From Felis catus (Eukaryota): a DNA stretch of 64,000 nt. How positions within the stretch are numbered: the first letter of the stretch is position 1; every line of letters begins with the position of its first letter. Location: positions 180,856,001 to 180,920,000 of the forward strand of contig NC_058368.1 of NCBI RefSeq assembly GCF_018350175.1. The letters are read 5' to 3'. The notes under the pieces are model-generated. The model was not told the origin of the DNA. It made no database searches and saw only the letters and a list, made by a program, of their open reading frames with translations. The position numbers were made by a program, and so were the translations under genes. Below are positions 26,367 to 38,574 of this stretch, piece by piece.

Positions 26367-27492
26367 GATTGCCAAAACCAGGAATTCCCTAGACTAGTAC
26401 CTAGAGATTATGGCCATACCACCAAAAACTTAGCATTAGAGGCAACTACCTCAAAGGCACCATCAACTCAGGGCAGCAGCTACTAAAAAAAATGAAAAAA
26501 TAAGTCTTCCTTAGATAAACATGCATCTTTTCTCATCATGCCATATGGTACCCTCTTCTGTTCTAACAGTGATCAAGCTCACACCCACAATCAGAGATGA
26601 TTTTAGATCTACAAACATTACAATGACCTGCAGTCAACAGGCCCAAGTAGGAAGGCCTTCACTGAAGATGCATCTGCCTCTATACAGCTCCTGTCTACCA
26701 TTGTCCTTTTAAAACTGGATCAATGAGAATGCCTTGAATGCATCTCGACTTGCACCAAATATTAAATGATATAGAGAGACCAAAGAAATGACCCTTGTCT
26801 TTAAGTGGTGACAATTTAATGTTGACACAAGTGACTTATATGCATGAAATACCAAGAGAATATTACAAATCAGAATGTAATGAAGTGCTAAATTGAATAA
26901 GGCAGACTGTAAGACTGTGAGGCAATTCTGACTCTGGCTCACGTTGGGCAGAGTTGGTTGGGAAAACTTTGGGAACAAGATGGGACCTGTACTGAGATGG
27001 ATGCTGGCTTAGTAATGAGGAAGCAGAGTGGTTACATTACTCTCTCTGTTTTGTGCCATCCTAAGCTGGGGATTTTTAGTAAGGCTGGGGGCAGGGTTGG
27101 GATAAAGAGCTAAAGTCCTAACAACTGCACGGGGCTCCCTAATCAACAGAAACAAGTGTACTCAAATCTACAGATATGATAAAAATGCTCCAGTGCCTAA
27201 CCATTCAACACCTAGCACTGTCTCAGACACACAGCCCTTGATCAATACATATTTGCTGAATGACAATACGCCTGAGAATATTAAATAGCTACCATTTGGA
27301 GGTTCTGACATTGTATTAAGTGTTCTGCGTGCCCCCATCTTTTGTATTTTCTTTTGACCTTTTTTCTTTTGATCAAAATTTAGAAAATGAACTCAGTTTA
27401 AATGATCAAATAGTTATACAACATTTGGTTCAAAAATAGCAATCATTTTCCATCACCACCAATTTTTTCCTTCCCAGAGGCAACTATATTTA

Positions 27493-27494
<2 letters not shown>

Positions 27495-27522
<28 letters not shown>
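27495..27522. repeat. Poly(T) run of 28 nt
   Basis: Homopolymer within degenerate old-L1-like sequence. Confidence 0.95.
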
Positions 27523-27525
<3 letters not shown>

Positions 27526-27745
27526 TAGGAGAGGCTGATCTTGGCTTTTTGCTCTACCTTCCCAGTACAGATGTATCTTTTCCATCTCCCCATCTTTCTT
27601 AGATAATGCTTAGACTGTTATTAAATGTTGACACTACTATGGCCATGCAAATGCTATTCAGAGCTAAACCATGTAGTAAATCATGAATATTTTTAAATTT
27701 TTTGATTATTTTTTTTCTGGAGTTGTCTTTTTAAAATTTACTTTA

Positions 27746-27912
27746 GGAGTGCCTGGGTGGCTTAGTCCATTAAGTGTTCAACTCTTGATTTCAGTTCAGG
27801 TTATGATCTCATGGTTTGTGAGTTTGAGCCCCACATCAGGTTCTGCACTGAGAGCTGGGAGCCTGGTTGGGATTCTCTCTCTCCCTTTCTCTCTGCCCCT
27901 CCCCCCTCCCCT

Positions 27913-27947
<35 letters not shown>

Positions 27948-27968
27948 ATAAATAAACATTAAAAAAAG
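27746..27968 (+). mobile_element. SINEC
   Basis: 'ggagtgcctgggtggcttagt...(CT)n caaaataaataaacatt'; exact TSD ATTTACTTTA at 27736-27745 and 27969-27978. Confidence 0.97.
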
Positions 27969-27999
27969 ATTTACTTTAATTTCTATACACTTATCACTC

Positions 28000-28788
28000 C
28001 AGAGACTGATTCCTGTGGGTCAAGTTCCTGTTGTACTACTTAATTACTAAGTATCCTTAGGCAAGTTACTTAACCAATCTGTGCCATAGTTTTCCCTTCT
28101 GTACAACAGGGATAATAGCAAAACACAGTGTAGTGGTGTCAGTTTCTCCAGACAAAACACCACAAAGCATGTTGTGGTCAAACAAAGTTGAGTTTACTAA
28201 CTCACTGCAAGGAGGAATGGGGAACCATGGAGTGCTTCAGTAGAAGGGGACTGTAGGGGGCTGTGTTATGTGATCTTAGAGAAGGCTCAAGGAAACAGGT
28301 TCACTCTGCATTTGGTGCTGTCAGAGAGGGGGTGATTCTGTGATCAGACATTTCAATGTATTGTATCTATAGGAAGGGTTGACAAGAAGAGGCTGATGCT
28401 ATAACTGATAAAGAACACTCATTTCAGCCTGGAGAGGGAAATGTTTTGAATATTTGTGTTTGGGATAACAACCTTGTTTCTGTCTGTTTTTAAGCAATAT
28501 TATAAAGTGGTGTTATTTTTATTTCATCCTAGCCACACAGTGGCCTTGTTGCCTTTTGGTGTTCTCCAAGATTGTTTCTACTAAAGGAGAGAACACCATG
28601 ACCCAGCTGGGGATGCCAGGCTAACTCCAGACAGCACCTCTGCCTAGATGTTGGCATCAGGCTGGTTCCTAGCACCAAGGGCTACTTTTCTCTTTCTCAG
28701 TGGTGAGGATTAAATGAGCTATCATTTACATATAAAAAACATTAGTAAAATGGTTGCCATAGAACAAGCCCTTAAAATGTTTGTTATA
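28000..28788 (+). mobile_element. MIR split by an LTR (halves 28000-28136 and 28700-28788)
   Basis: 'ccttaggcaagttacttaacc...gggataatag' continues after the LTR as 'gtgaggattaaatgag'. Confidence 0.85.
28137..28699 (-). mobile_element. ERV solo LTR, 563 bp (MER74/MER88-like, tentative)
   Basis: TG...CA termini; GTGG on both flanks; minus strand begins TGAGAAAGAGAAAAGTAGCCCC and has an AGTAAA poly(A)-like signal about 55 nt before its end. Confidence 0.8.
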
Positions 28789-28789
28789 G

Positions 28790-30068
28790 GACACTAAAAG
28801 CACAGGCAACAAAAGAGAAAAGTAGGGGAAGTGGACATCAAAATGAAAAACCTTTGCCTATCCAAGGAGACTCAAGAGAGTGAAAAGGCAACCTGCAGAA
28901 TGGGAGAAAATGTTTGCAAATCATACTTCTAATAAGTGACTGATATCTAGAGTACATAAAGAACTCCAATTCAATAGCAACAAACATCTTATTAAAAGCT
29001 AGGCAAAGGACTGAAGCACATATTTCTCCAAAGACAACACACAAATGGCCAATAAGTACCTGAAAAGATGCTCAAGATCACTAATAATTAGAAAAATGCA
29101 AAAAAAAAAAAAAAAAACCACAACGATCTATCACCTCACATTCATTAGAATGGCTACTATAATAATAAAAAAAAAGGAAACAAAATAATCATCAGTAAGG
29201 ACAGAGAGAAACTGGAATCCATGTGCATTGCTGGAGAAAATGTAAAATGGTATAGCCACTATGGAAAACAGAATGGCAAGTCCTCACAAAATTAAACACA
29301 GAGTTACTGTATGTTTCAGTGATTTCACTCCTGGCTGATATACCTAAAAGAAGTCAAAGCAGGTACTGGAACAGATGTTTGCACACCCATGTTCATAGCA
29401 GCATTATTCACAATAACCAAAAGGTGGAAACAACCCAAGTGTCCATTGACCTATGCATGAATAAACAAAATGTGGCATAGAGATACAAAAGAATATTGTT
29501 CAGTCTTAACAAGGTAGGAAGTTCTAACACATGCTACAATATGGATGAACCTTGAAAACACTGTCCTGAGTGAAATAAGCTGGTTACAAAAGGACACATA
29601 TTGTGTGATTCCACTTCTAGGAGGTATCTAGAGTAGTCCAACTTATAGAGACAAAATAATATGGTGGTTGCAGGGGGTGGGGTGGGGAGGGGAAGTAGAG
29701 AGTGTTTTATGAGTTCAAAGTTTCTGTTGGGAAGATTAAGATGTTTGGAGATGGGTGGTGGGGTGATTACAACACTGCGAATACATTTAATGCCATAGAA
29801 CTGTATGCTTAAGAATGGTAAAAATGGTGGGGGTGGAGTCTGAGTGGTCAGTTGGTTGAGCGTCCAACTTTGGCTCAGGTCATGATCTTGCAGTTTGTGA
29901 GTTTGAGCCCCACATTGGGCTCACTGCTGTCAGCCTGTCAGCACAGAGCCTGCTTCAGATCCTCTGTCCCCCTCTATCTGTCCCTCCCTCACTTATGCCC
30001 TCCCCAAAATAAATATTTAAAAAATGGTATAAATGGAAGATTTCCGGTTATATATATTACTACAATAA
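28790..30068 (+). mobile_element. 5'-truncated L1MB-type LINE 3' end, interrupted by a SINE
   Basis: 'gaatgggagaaaatgtttgcaaatcata', 'cccatgttcatagcagcattattcacaata' and 'atggatgaaccttgaaaaca'. Confidence 0.95.
29828..30019 (+). mobile_element. SINEC inserted in the L1 3' end
   Basis: 'gttgagcgtccaactttggctcaggtcatgatct'; TSD aagaatggtaaaaatgg (29811-29827) / aaaaatggtataaatgg (30020-30036), 15/17 identical. Confidence 0.95.
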
Positions 30069-30139
30069 GTGTTAGCTAAACTAAAAAACAATATCAAACC
30101 TGACCTCTGCTCCAACTGTCTAATTCTTTCAAAATATTT

Positions 30140-30325
30140 AATGCAAAAAAATGCCATTTAATATTCATTACAACTGTAGAAGCTTTATTACTTTTACTAC
30201 TGTTTTACAGGTTAAAAAAAAAAAGGAGACCTAGATTATGTTGTTCAACATTATTGTGTTAGAAAGTGGCTGAGCTATAATGTGAATCCAAGTAGCACAG
30301 ACCTCAGAGTCCAACTCTTAAGAAT
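30140..30325 (-). mobile_element. MIR fragment
   Basis: 'ctgttttacagg...agaaagtggctgagct...cagagtccaactcttaa'. Confidence 0.6.
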
Positions 30326-31324
30326 ATGGTTACTCTGTATTATTTTGGAAGATGTCAAGAGATTTACCTGGGGCTAGGACTCTAACTTCTATTGAAACTG
30401 CCCATTGGTAAATGTAATCCATCTTTTCATTCAAGAGAGAACTGAGATATCTCTAATAAGGGAATGGGGCCACACTTTAAAGTGGCTATTGAAAAGTATG
30501 CAAGAAGCTACTTAAGATTAAATGCAGTTTTTAAGGGACTTTGGGAGAAGCTGAAGTTCTGGATAAAAGCTGTTAGGGCAGGAAACTGTTAAGATGTGGC
30601 ATATAGCTACTATTTTCTGGGCTTGCCTAGGACCTCTTTGTGTATGTACCAAGGAACAGGGACAGAGATGGAGAGGTAGAATGTACACAACACTTATCGA
30701 CCTTGGGAATTTTGTCAATAGCAAGATTATTTGCTGAGGAGGAGCAGTTCTGTGCCATATGTCACTTCTATGCTGCGCATCTCCAAAGGAATTACCTGTC
30801 CATCTTGCCTGTGTGCTCATTTGCACCATGGTACAGAAAAGCGGTTCCAACCCTAGCTGGGCTGGAAATTGATGGACCTTCAATCAAAAAATGTATCTGT
30901 GTTGCAAGAAGGCACATCAGAAAAGAAAAGGTCTGGTCTCTGTTTGCTGTACTCCTGGGCTAGTTACCAGCATCAGGAAGGAGTCTTGAGAACCATCATT
31001 TCCCAATTCTCAGGGTAAGAGACATTGTTTCAGAGGCCAGGGTGAATCTCTAGCAGCCCAGGTCAGTGCTGGAGGCAGTATGCTTTTTCCACTTGCTGCC
31101 GGGTTGGCTTTTAACATTTTCAGCTAAGTGTTACAGTCCCCCAGGTCATATTTCTCATCTTCTGCCAGAAAGCGGTAAGGAGCTGCTTTGCTGACTGTAG
31201 GTCAGTGGCCTAGAGGGTGGAGCGAAATCCAGACTACCCAGGAGGAGGGTATGGGGAACCTATAACTGGGACAGCCTGGTCAAGCTGGGCACAAGGGACT
31301 TACAAAAAGAATATTAGAGCAAGA

Positions 31325-31480
31325 ATGGAAGGTTAGAGACCTTTTGGTCCCAAGGACAACCTTGACAGGTAGGGAAGCAGTAGCACAGGGTAACTGAATG
31401 ATTTGCCAAAGATCAAGCTGTGAATCAGGGACAGAGCAGAGAACAACCGAGTTCTCCAATTTCCACTTCAGAGCTGCCCC
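31325..31480 (-). mobile_element. MIR/MIR3 fragment
   Basis: 'ggaaggttagagaccttttggtcc...gaatgatttgccaaagatca'. Confidence 0.55.
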
Positions 31481-31777
31481 ATTACGTCTGTGATTCCCAA
31501 ACTTATCAGACCAGAAGAACACTTGAAGGGAGCCATAAAGTCACAGTTTCTAACCCCCTCTGAAATTTATTAAACCGAAGTCTAGGGGAAAAGTGTGGGG
31601 ATATGTGTGCTTCTCAGAGAAGTGGAAGAGTATTGTGTGATGCTGTCATTATTTTTTCAGACTTTAAAAAACTGTAGCCCATCCCCCTTAATATATTGTT
31701 TTCATTGCATTCTGTGCAGTGCATATCTATTTAAGCTACACAAATATTTTAACATTTAAGAGAGGGATGAGGAAAAA

Positions 31778-31995
31778 AGTCTCTGAAGTTAGGAAAGTTG
31801 GATTTGAAATCCAGGTTCTTCATTTCCCAGCTTTGTGATATGGGCAAGTTACTTCACTTCTCTGTGCCTCAGTTGTCTCATCAATAAAATGGGTACAATG
31901 GCAAACCTTACTGCCTTGGGATGTGGTGGGGGGGGGGGGTCACATAACAGTAAATGAAGAAAGGTATATGAAGTGCTTGGCCTAACAGCTAACAT
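31778..31995 (+). mobile_element. MIR
   Basis: 'gggcaagttacttcacttctctgtgcctcagttgtctcatc'. Confidence 0.9.
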
Positions 31996-33789
31996 GAGGG
32001 GAGGAAAAATTCTCAGGCTGAGGGCCGAACCCCATGTGGCTATGCACTTAGGGCAGGAGCAGTGGCTGTCTCTGTGACCTCTACACCCTCGAGACACCAC
32101 CCTGGACTTGGCCACACTGCCCAGGGGCCTGGGAACTCCTCTGGAGGAGAAGCAGCCAGGGCCAACCACTGCCTGGGCCCCAGGAAGGGGTTACAGGGAG
32201 CTCTGAACATCTGACTCAGACAGCCAGGTTGAGCCAGGGAAGAATTTAGAACCAAGTGGCTCACGCGCGAAACAAACTCATTGTGATAAAGGGAATGACG
32301 TTGGGACTTGATTTCCAGACCCTAAGATCACAAGTGAGAAAGGAAGTCTTTCCCAGACAGGTGTACCCTCTCTGGTCAGGAGTCCTACCCAGAGTATCCA
32401 CCCTGTTCTTTGCATTGGCCCTGCCACGACAATGTGCCCAAGCAGGGTTTTTTAAAACTGTCTCATTTAAATATGAACTATAAAGGCCTACAGTGCCTAA
32501 AAACGTCCAAAACAGAACACAAAAGAGGTCTATTGAATATTTTTTATAAAATAATCATATTCCCCACGTGGAGACATTCTGATCTGCCCTCCTTCCCTTT
32601 AATTATCTGTTTTTTTCCATCATACATGATAAAAATAAGTCAATTAATAAAATGAAGGGATGTACTGAAGACAATTAATTAATTTATTTAATAAATATTG
32701 AGCATCTGCTATGAATCTGAGATCAGAAACCCTGCGGTGGAGGTCTCCACATGATGGAGTGAAGCAGAGGAGACAGCAGAGCCTACAAAGGGCAGAAGAT
32801 GAAGTCAAAATGCAGGACATGCGGAGAGGTGGCAAAGCACCTCACACTGTACAATGACTTTTAAAAAAGGAGTCAGTGTTATCAGCACAGGACAATCATC
32901 AATGTGCATAGTAATTGCTGTGAGCTCTTCAGAAAATCCAAAACTGAATTAAATTACACTGAGCATAGCTGCTTAAGAGGGCAAGACAATTTATAGTATG
33001 TTAGAGAAAAGAAATTCACCCAAACCTAAAATATAATAAGGGGGAAGAAGTTTCATTAACTTAAGAAAAATTCTGGGTACCCCCTTTTTGCTTGTCCCAA
33101 ATCCAGCCCCATGGACGATGGGTGGGCCATCCTCGAATGGTATGCTTCCATTTTCATCAGAATATAGAAGTTCTAACATATCTGTGGCTAGGCAGACAAA
33201 TTTGTAACATAGAATATCTGTTTTTATAGGTCTAACTACAACCTCAAAGTCAGTTAATTCCTAGAAAAATTTAGTCATGAGCAATGATATTTAAGGACTC
33301 TTGTCTCTGGGAATGAGGTATATACATGGTAAAACTAAGGTTTATCTATGGATCAAGTTTTATCCCTGGGCTGTGCAATGTTTGGACATTTGTAGAATTG
33401 TCTTTTAACTGCAAGTGTTTTCTATGGCTTATGTGGGGGACATTTACAAGAAATTTTGACAGGAAATTCTTTAGCAAATGTATTATGGCATGGTACTGAG
33501 AATTTAGTCATCTGGGATGCACACATTATCTCTTTTAAGGGAAATTTATTTCTGGCCTCCCTATGAGAATTCATAGAATTTCCCTGAAGAAGTTGATTTG
33601 TTTTCATCTCATGGATGTTATGCATCTTGTCCTAAATGTGTTTCCCTTTTTTCTTTGGTTTCTAGGAAGCTTAGAATCAAGCCTATCTCCCATACATTTT
33701 TCCTTCACTCTTATTGTGTCATCTAATTATAGTTTTCCAGTAAAAAAAAGTGTTATAAGCTATCAAATATTATGGGGGAGATATAAGAA

Positions 33790-33850
33790 AATGAACAAAT
33801 GAATAGATGGTTGAATGAGTGAATGCATGGATGGCTGAATAAATGAATGG
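33790..33850. repeat. Degenerate (GAAT/GGAT)n repeat, probably an L2 tail
   Basis: aatgaacaaatgaatagatggttgaatgagtgaatgcatggatggctgaataaatgaatgg. Confidence 0.75.
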
Positions 33851-35299
33851 AGTTGTTCTCTACACTGGATCTTGGCCAAGAGGTGGGAAGTGATGGAGTT
33901 CTTGCTTTCTGATGCTGAATAAGTAAGGTAATCATTAAGTTAGGTAAGCAACTGAATTCTTGGGCCACTCATGGAAACCTGAAGCTGGCTGGTCCTAATG
34001 TACTATTTTTGTTTATAATTAACTAAGACATTGCTTTTTTAAAAAAGGGCTTGGGGCACCTTTAATGCACAAATGAAGACTCTCCAACTGAGACATCTCT
34101 TTTGCCACAAAGGACCAAATGAAAGGGTCCTGGCAGAGACTTCCTTTTTACATTCCTTCTGTATAGTTTGATGTTACTAATGAAGGTTTTAAACCCTTTA
34201 TTTAGACTTAAAAAAAAACCCCAAAATTCAACCTTTTATGAGAGGGGAGGTGAGCCAATGTTTTCAGATTATCATGTGGCTGCATGTATATTTTCTGCCT
34301 TGTATGCTGATAGCAAACTGCAACCCTATTCTGATTTGGAAGGTTGTCTTATTCTTCCATCTGCAGGATCCTCCATTATGCTGCTGCTGGGATCCAGATT
34401 TTTTTCCAGATGAGTTATTTCATAGGATTTGAAATTATGCTTCTGTATACAGGAAACAACTCTGGAGATAACCCGCTCTGGCAGAAGATCAGAACACGGG
34501 ATGAGCCACTTGCCAGAGCTCAGCTACCTGGAAGAAAATGCTTGAAGGGAAAGGAAAACACCACTCTTCAAAGCATCTCACTAGCCATATCTGGATATCT
34601 GCTCGATTGGCATAGATTGAGGGTTAGAACAATTTGGCTCCGGAGGTGCTGAGGTTTTAGTACTGTCCACTAAAAAATACACTACCATCATAGAAAATAA
34701 TGACAGTCAAGTCATAAAGGTGAAGTTTTCTTGTTGCTTTGAGGATGTTTTCATGTTGTCAAAAACATTTTAGTTGTGTAGTTTATGTCCAGTTTGTCTC
34801 TTTAGAACAGAGGCTCTTTGGGCAGGAAATGTGCACAGTGACTCTCCTAACGATGGGCTTCATTAATGTTAAGTATTAACAGCAACAAGAAGAGGCCAAA
34901 TAAATTTTTTTTACTATCATGTATGGGCTGAATATGTTGGAAGAGGTTTTATTTCACATAAGAAAGAGACAAAGATCAAATTGGTACCAGATCTTCAGAA
35001 CACAAGGTCAGTGACAAGAAACCAACTTAAAAAATTCTGTGTAATTAACCAGCTAAACGTAACACAACCAATCACCTGGTCATTTTGTTTGTGTCAAGAC
35101 ACCTACAGAAAATCCAGCCCCTTTCATCAAATTCAATTCAGAACACGGAGACACAGCTTTGTACTTTGCATCTTCTGTGTCAAACTCTATTTTCGATCCT
35201 TTATGTCAAATCTAAATTCATGGCAACAGCATTCAGATCTTGATAGAATCCCCAAATCGCCCTAGACCCCAAATCCATTCCACAAGACACACACACACC

Positions 35300-36500
35300 T
35301 AAGAGTACACATATTTGTACTGGATTTGCACTCACTTAGCTAAGCGAGAGTCAAGAATTTTGAATGACTGCCTGTTGGCTAGAGCTTTAGCAAGTTTTCA
35401 TATAAGTACCTGCTGAAAACAAGGGTATTGCACAATCGGGTGTTCACCCCTCGGGTGAAGAAATCATATCCATACAGCTCTCATTTGGGATGAAAATGGA
35501 CCCTCAAATGTTCTGTGGTATTTTCCCTGTTACTGAAGCTTAAATCACTATCAATCTTAAGCGAGCTGAACAAATTGATGTGACTGATGAAAAATGGATA
35601 AGTTTGACTCCGAACACACAGAACTGTTGTGTCCAGCAAAATGAGGTCTTGATTAGTCAGAAAGCCAACAAAAATACCCTATCAACAACTTACAATCTGA
35701 TACAATGTCAAAAAAGAAAAGAAATCACTCAGTGTTATCACTGAGAAAACGTTCTGTATGGCCCTGAGATACAAACTGACCTCTCTTATGGAAATCATCT
35801 TTGCCTGGCTATCTATATATGCATAAAAGGATATACTTTTTAAAAGCTCATTTTCTCCCTAATAATTGTCTGTTTTTAAAAAGCTATCAGCAGGTGCACC
35901 TCATTTCAAAAGCCTCTTGTCCTTCATAATACAATATTCATCACGATTACATAGTATGAAATAAAAAGCAGCAAAACATAAGCGAGGATAGTTCAATTAA
36001 ATGCAACATAATCTCTGCAGCAAAAAGTGGTTCTGTAGCTAAAATCAGGTTCCAATGAAAGGAAAAAGGGAATATATTTCCACATATTTTTAATTATATA
36101 GAATTTCCTCAAACATGATTTTTCATAATATATTCCATTAAGTTAACATCACATTTGAAGAAAGAGCATTTTCCGATTTCATTTTAAGCCTGATTTTGAG
36201 CAATTACAGTGTCATTGTTCCGCGGTAGAAAGGTTGAATTCATTTACTGTGTGGTTATGCTAGTTATGATTGATGTCTCTTCTCCAAATGATAAACCAAT
36301 CACCCCAATGATGTAATGTCATTTTAAGAGTGCCATAATCACATTTCTCTCAAACTAGAAGCTCTGATGAGTTCTAATAAAGATTTATGGTAGATTAAAG
36401 GCCTTCATAATATCAACAATGGATTGCTCATTTGATGAGAGATTTGATTAGGTAATTTTTTTGAAAAAGAATACGAGTTTACTAAATATATCAGGCCTGG
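35300..36500. promoter_or_regulatory. Candidate conserved non-coding element
   Basis: No recognisable repeat; TGATTGAT (36267), AGATTTATGG (36381), many TAAT/CATAA motifs. Confidence 0.4.
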
Positions 36501-37917
36501 CTTTGAAGAAGGGCATGGGCCATCATAGAGAGCAGTCCATCATTCCATCTTCAGAATGAATCATCTTCAGTATATTTGGGGGGTCCTCTCTAAACCAGAG
36601 GTTGAGGCCTGTGGTGGCATATTCTCGTGGATGAAGCCAAAACACAACCTCACCAAGGTGCACTCTTGGCATTGAAAGCTCCTTATTGCCTTTGATGCGA
36701 TATGTTAATTAACATATTGAGACGATAACTCCAAAGCTTTTGGGTCAGGAGCAATTGATTTCTGAAAACGTCTCTCTTTGGGCCATGGGTGCTTAACCCT
36801 AGATGTCGTCCACTCCTATGTTTGTATGTTTTGTGAACATTTCACCAACAAGACATCAAAATAAGGCATGACCATTGCTGAGCCCAGGGCAATTCTACCT
36901 AAAATCCAGAGATTGGAGCTGCAGCAGTAGCCACAAAATCCTCACAGGTGGCACAGAACCTTGTGACCAGTGCCTCTGCTCTGTGCAGGTGAAAACCACA
37001 AGGAGAATTCAAGTTTTAGAGGCAATATTTATCATGGTACCATGCGATCAGCTTGTTAAATTCAAGTGAAGCGGTACATGCTGAGGGTTATAGGAGAGGT
37101 CACCCCCCAAACACTTTAGACTTGGCAAGGCATTCAGTATTCATGTCAAGGGAATGCATTTTAATCACAAAATCATCTAAACAAGCAAGCAAGAAAGAGT
37201 CAGAAGCCAACCATCAAAAAGCAAGAGATCTGAAATGCACACAAATTGGGCACGTGAGGGTGTCCAGGGTCACTCGGCTATGACCAGAATGGTAGTAATA
37301 CAAAATTCAATATTCCATTGTCTCTCTACACTTCACCTTTGAGACCCGAGTGCTCTCATGTGCAGCAGTGGGCAAATCCCTCTCACTGAAGGAGGCCCAA
37401 GCCCTGTTAAGATAAGCAAAACCTCTTTAGTAACTGCGACCTTCAATAAATGTATCCTGGAACAGCAATGCCACAAAGCGACAAGCGTATTTCACCTGAT
37501 GCTGCCCACACCACCTTCTCCCCAGCCCTCGAGTCAGAGTTGTCATTCTGCCGGAGACGTGAGAATGTCACACAGACAACACCACACATTCAGACACCAC
37601 AGTTTCCTTACCACTGCTGGAGGCTTGCTGGGGCCCTGAGCATGCTCTGAGCAGGTATGAATTGGGGGAGAACTCCTCATCAGGGTTGGTGTCCATGATT
37701 TGATGGGAGGTGTTGCTGTCTAGCAATGGCATCTGGCAGCTAACTGGTGGAGGATTATGGGAGCTAGGCAGCTGAGCAGATGGGAGGAGGCTAGACGAGG
37801 ATGTAGGTGGAATGGGACGACCTGGGAAAGAGGACAGAGGGGTCAAAGGTCAGCAATGAGTGTCATGAGAGCATCCAGAGAAAGTTACATTGAAACCACC
37901 TCACAATATAAATATCC

Positions 37918-37950
37918 AAAAAGAAAAAAAAAAAAGGAAAGAAAAGAAAG

Positions 37951-38001
<51 letters not shown>

Positions 38002-38003
38002 AA
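37918..38003. repeat. (GAAA)n microsatellite with poly(A) leader
   Basis: Run of gaaa units. Confidence 0.98.
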
Positions 38004-38294
38004 TGCTCCAAATGTATTTTTTGAGTGTTTTGATGTTTCTCCAAATGTCCAAATTCATACTGCAGGTAGCTACATATTTCACAAAATGAGCATGAGTGGA
38101 AATATCCATCTAAAGGGCTGAAGTGCAATCATTCAGGAAAACATCCATTTCTTTCTATCTTCCCTGTTACAGCCCTACTATAATTCCCTATAATCTCTCA
38201 CTGGACTATCTCTTTTACTGGTCTCCTTGCTTCCTCTCTTGCCATACATCCAGACACTCCCTACTGTCTGCATCCCTTCTCTACAGTAGCCAGA

Positions 38295-38295
<1 letters not shown>

Positions 38296-38344
<49 letters not shown>

Positions 38345-38345
38345 G

Positions 38346-38395
<50 letters not shown>
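38296..38395. repeat. Compound (TG)n(TA)n microsatellite
   Basis: About 20 TG units, a TATG transition, then about 23 TA units. Confidence 0.98.
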
Positions 38396-38401
<6 letters not shown>

Positions 38402-38574
38402 TTATTTTTGAGAGAGAGCACGCATGAGCACGAGTGGGGGAGGGGCACACTGGATCTGAAGTTGGCTCTGTGCTGACAGCAGAGAGCCTGACAAAGGGCT
38501 CAAACTCATAAACCGTGAGATCATGAACTGAGCTGAAGTCCAATACTCATATGACTGAGCCACCCAGCACCCCC
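38396..38574 (-). mobile_element. SINEC
   Basis: 'aatgtttatttttgagagagag...gctctgtgctgacagcagagagcc...gactgagccacccagcacccc'. Confidence 0.96.
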
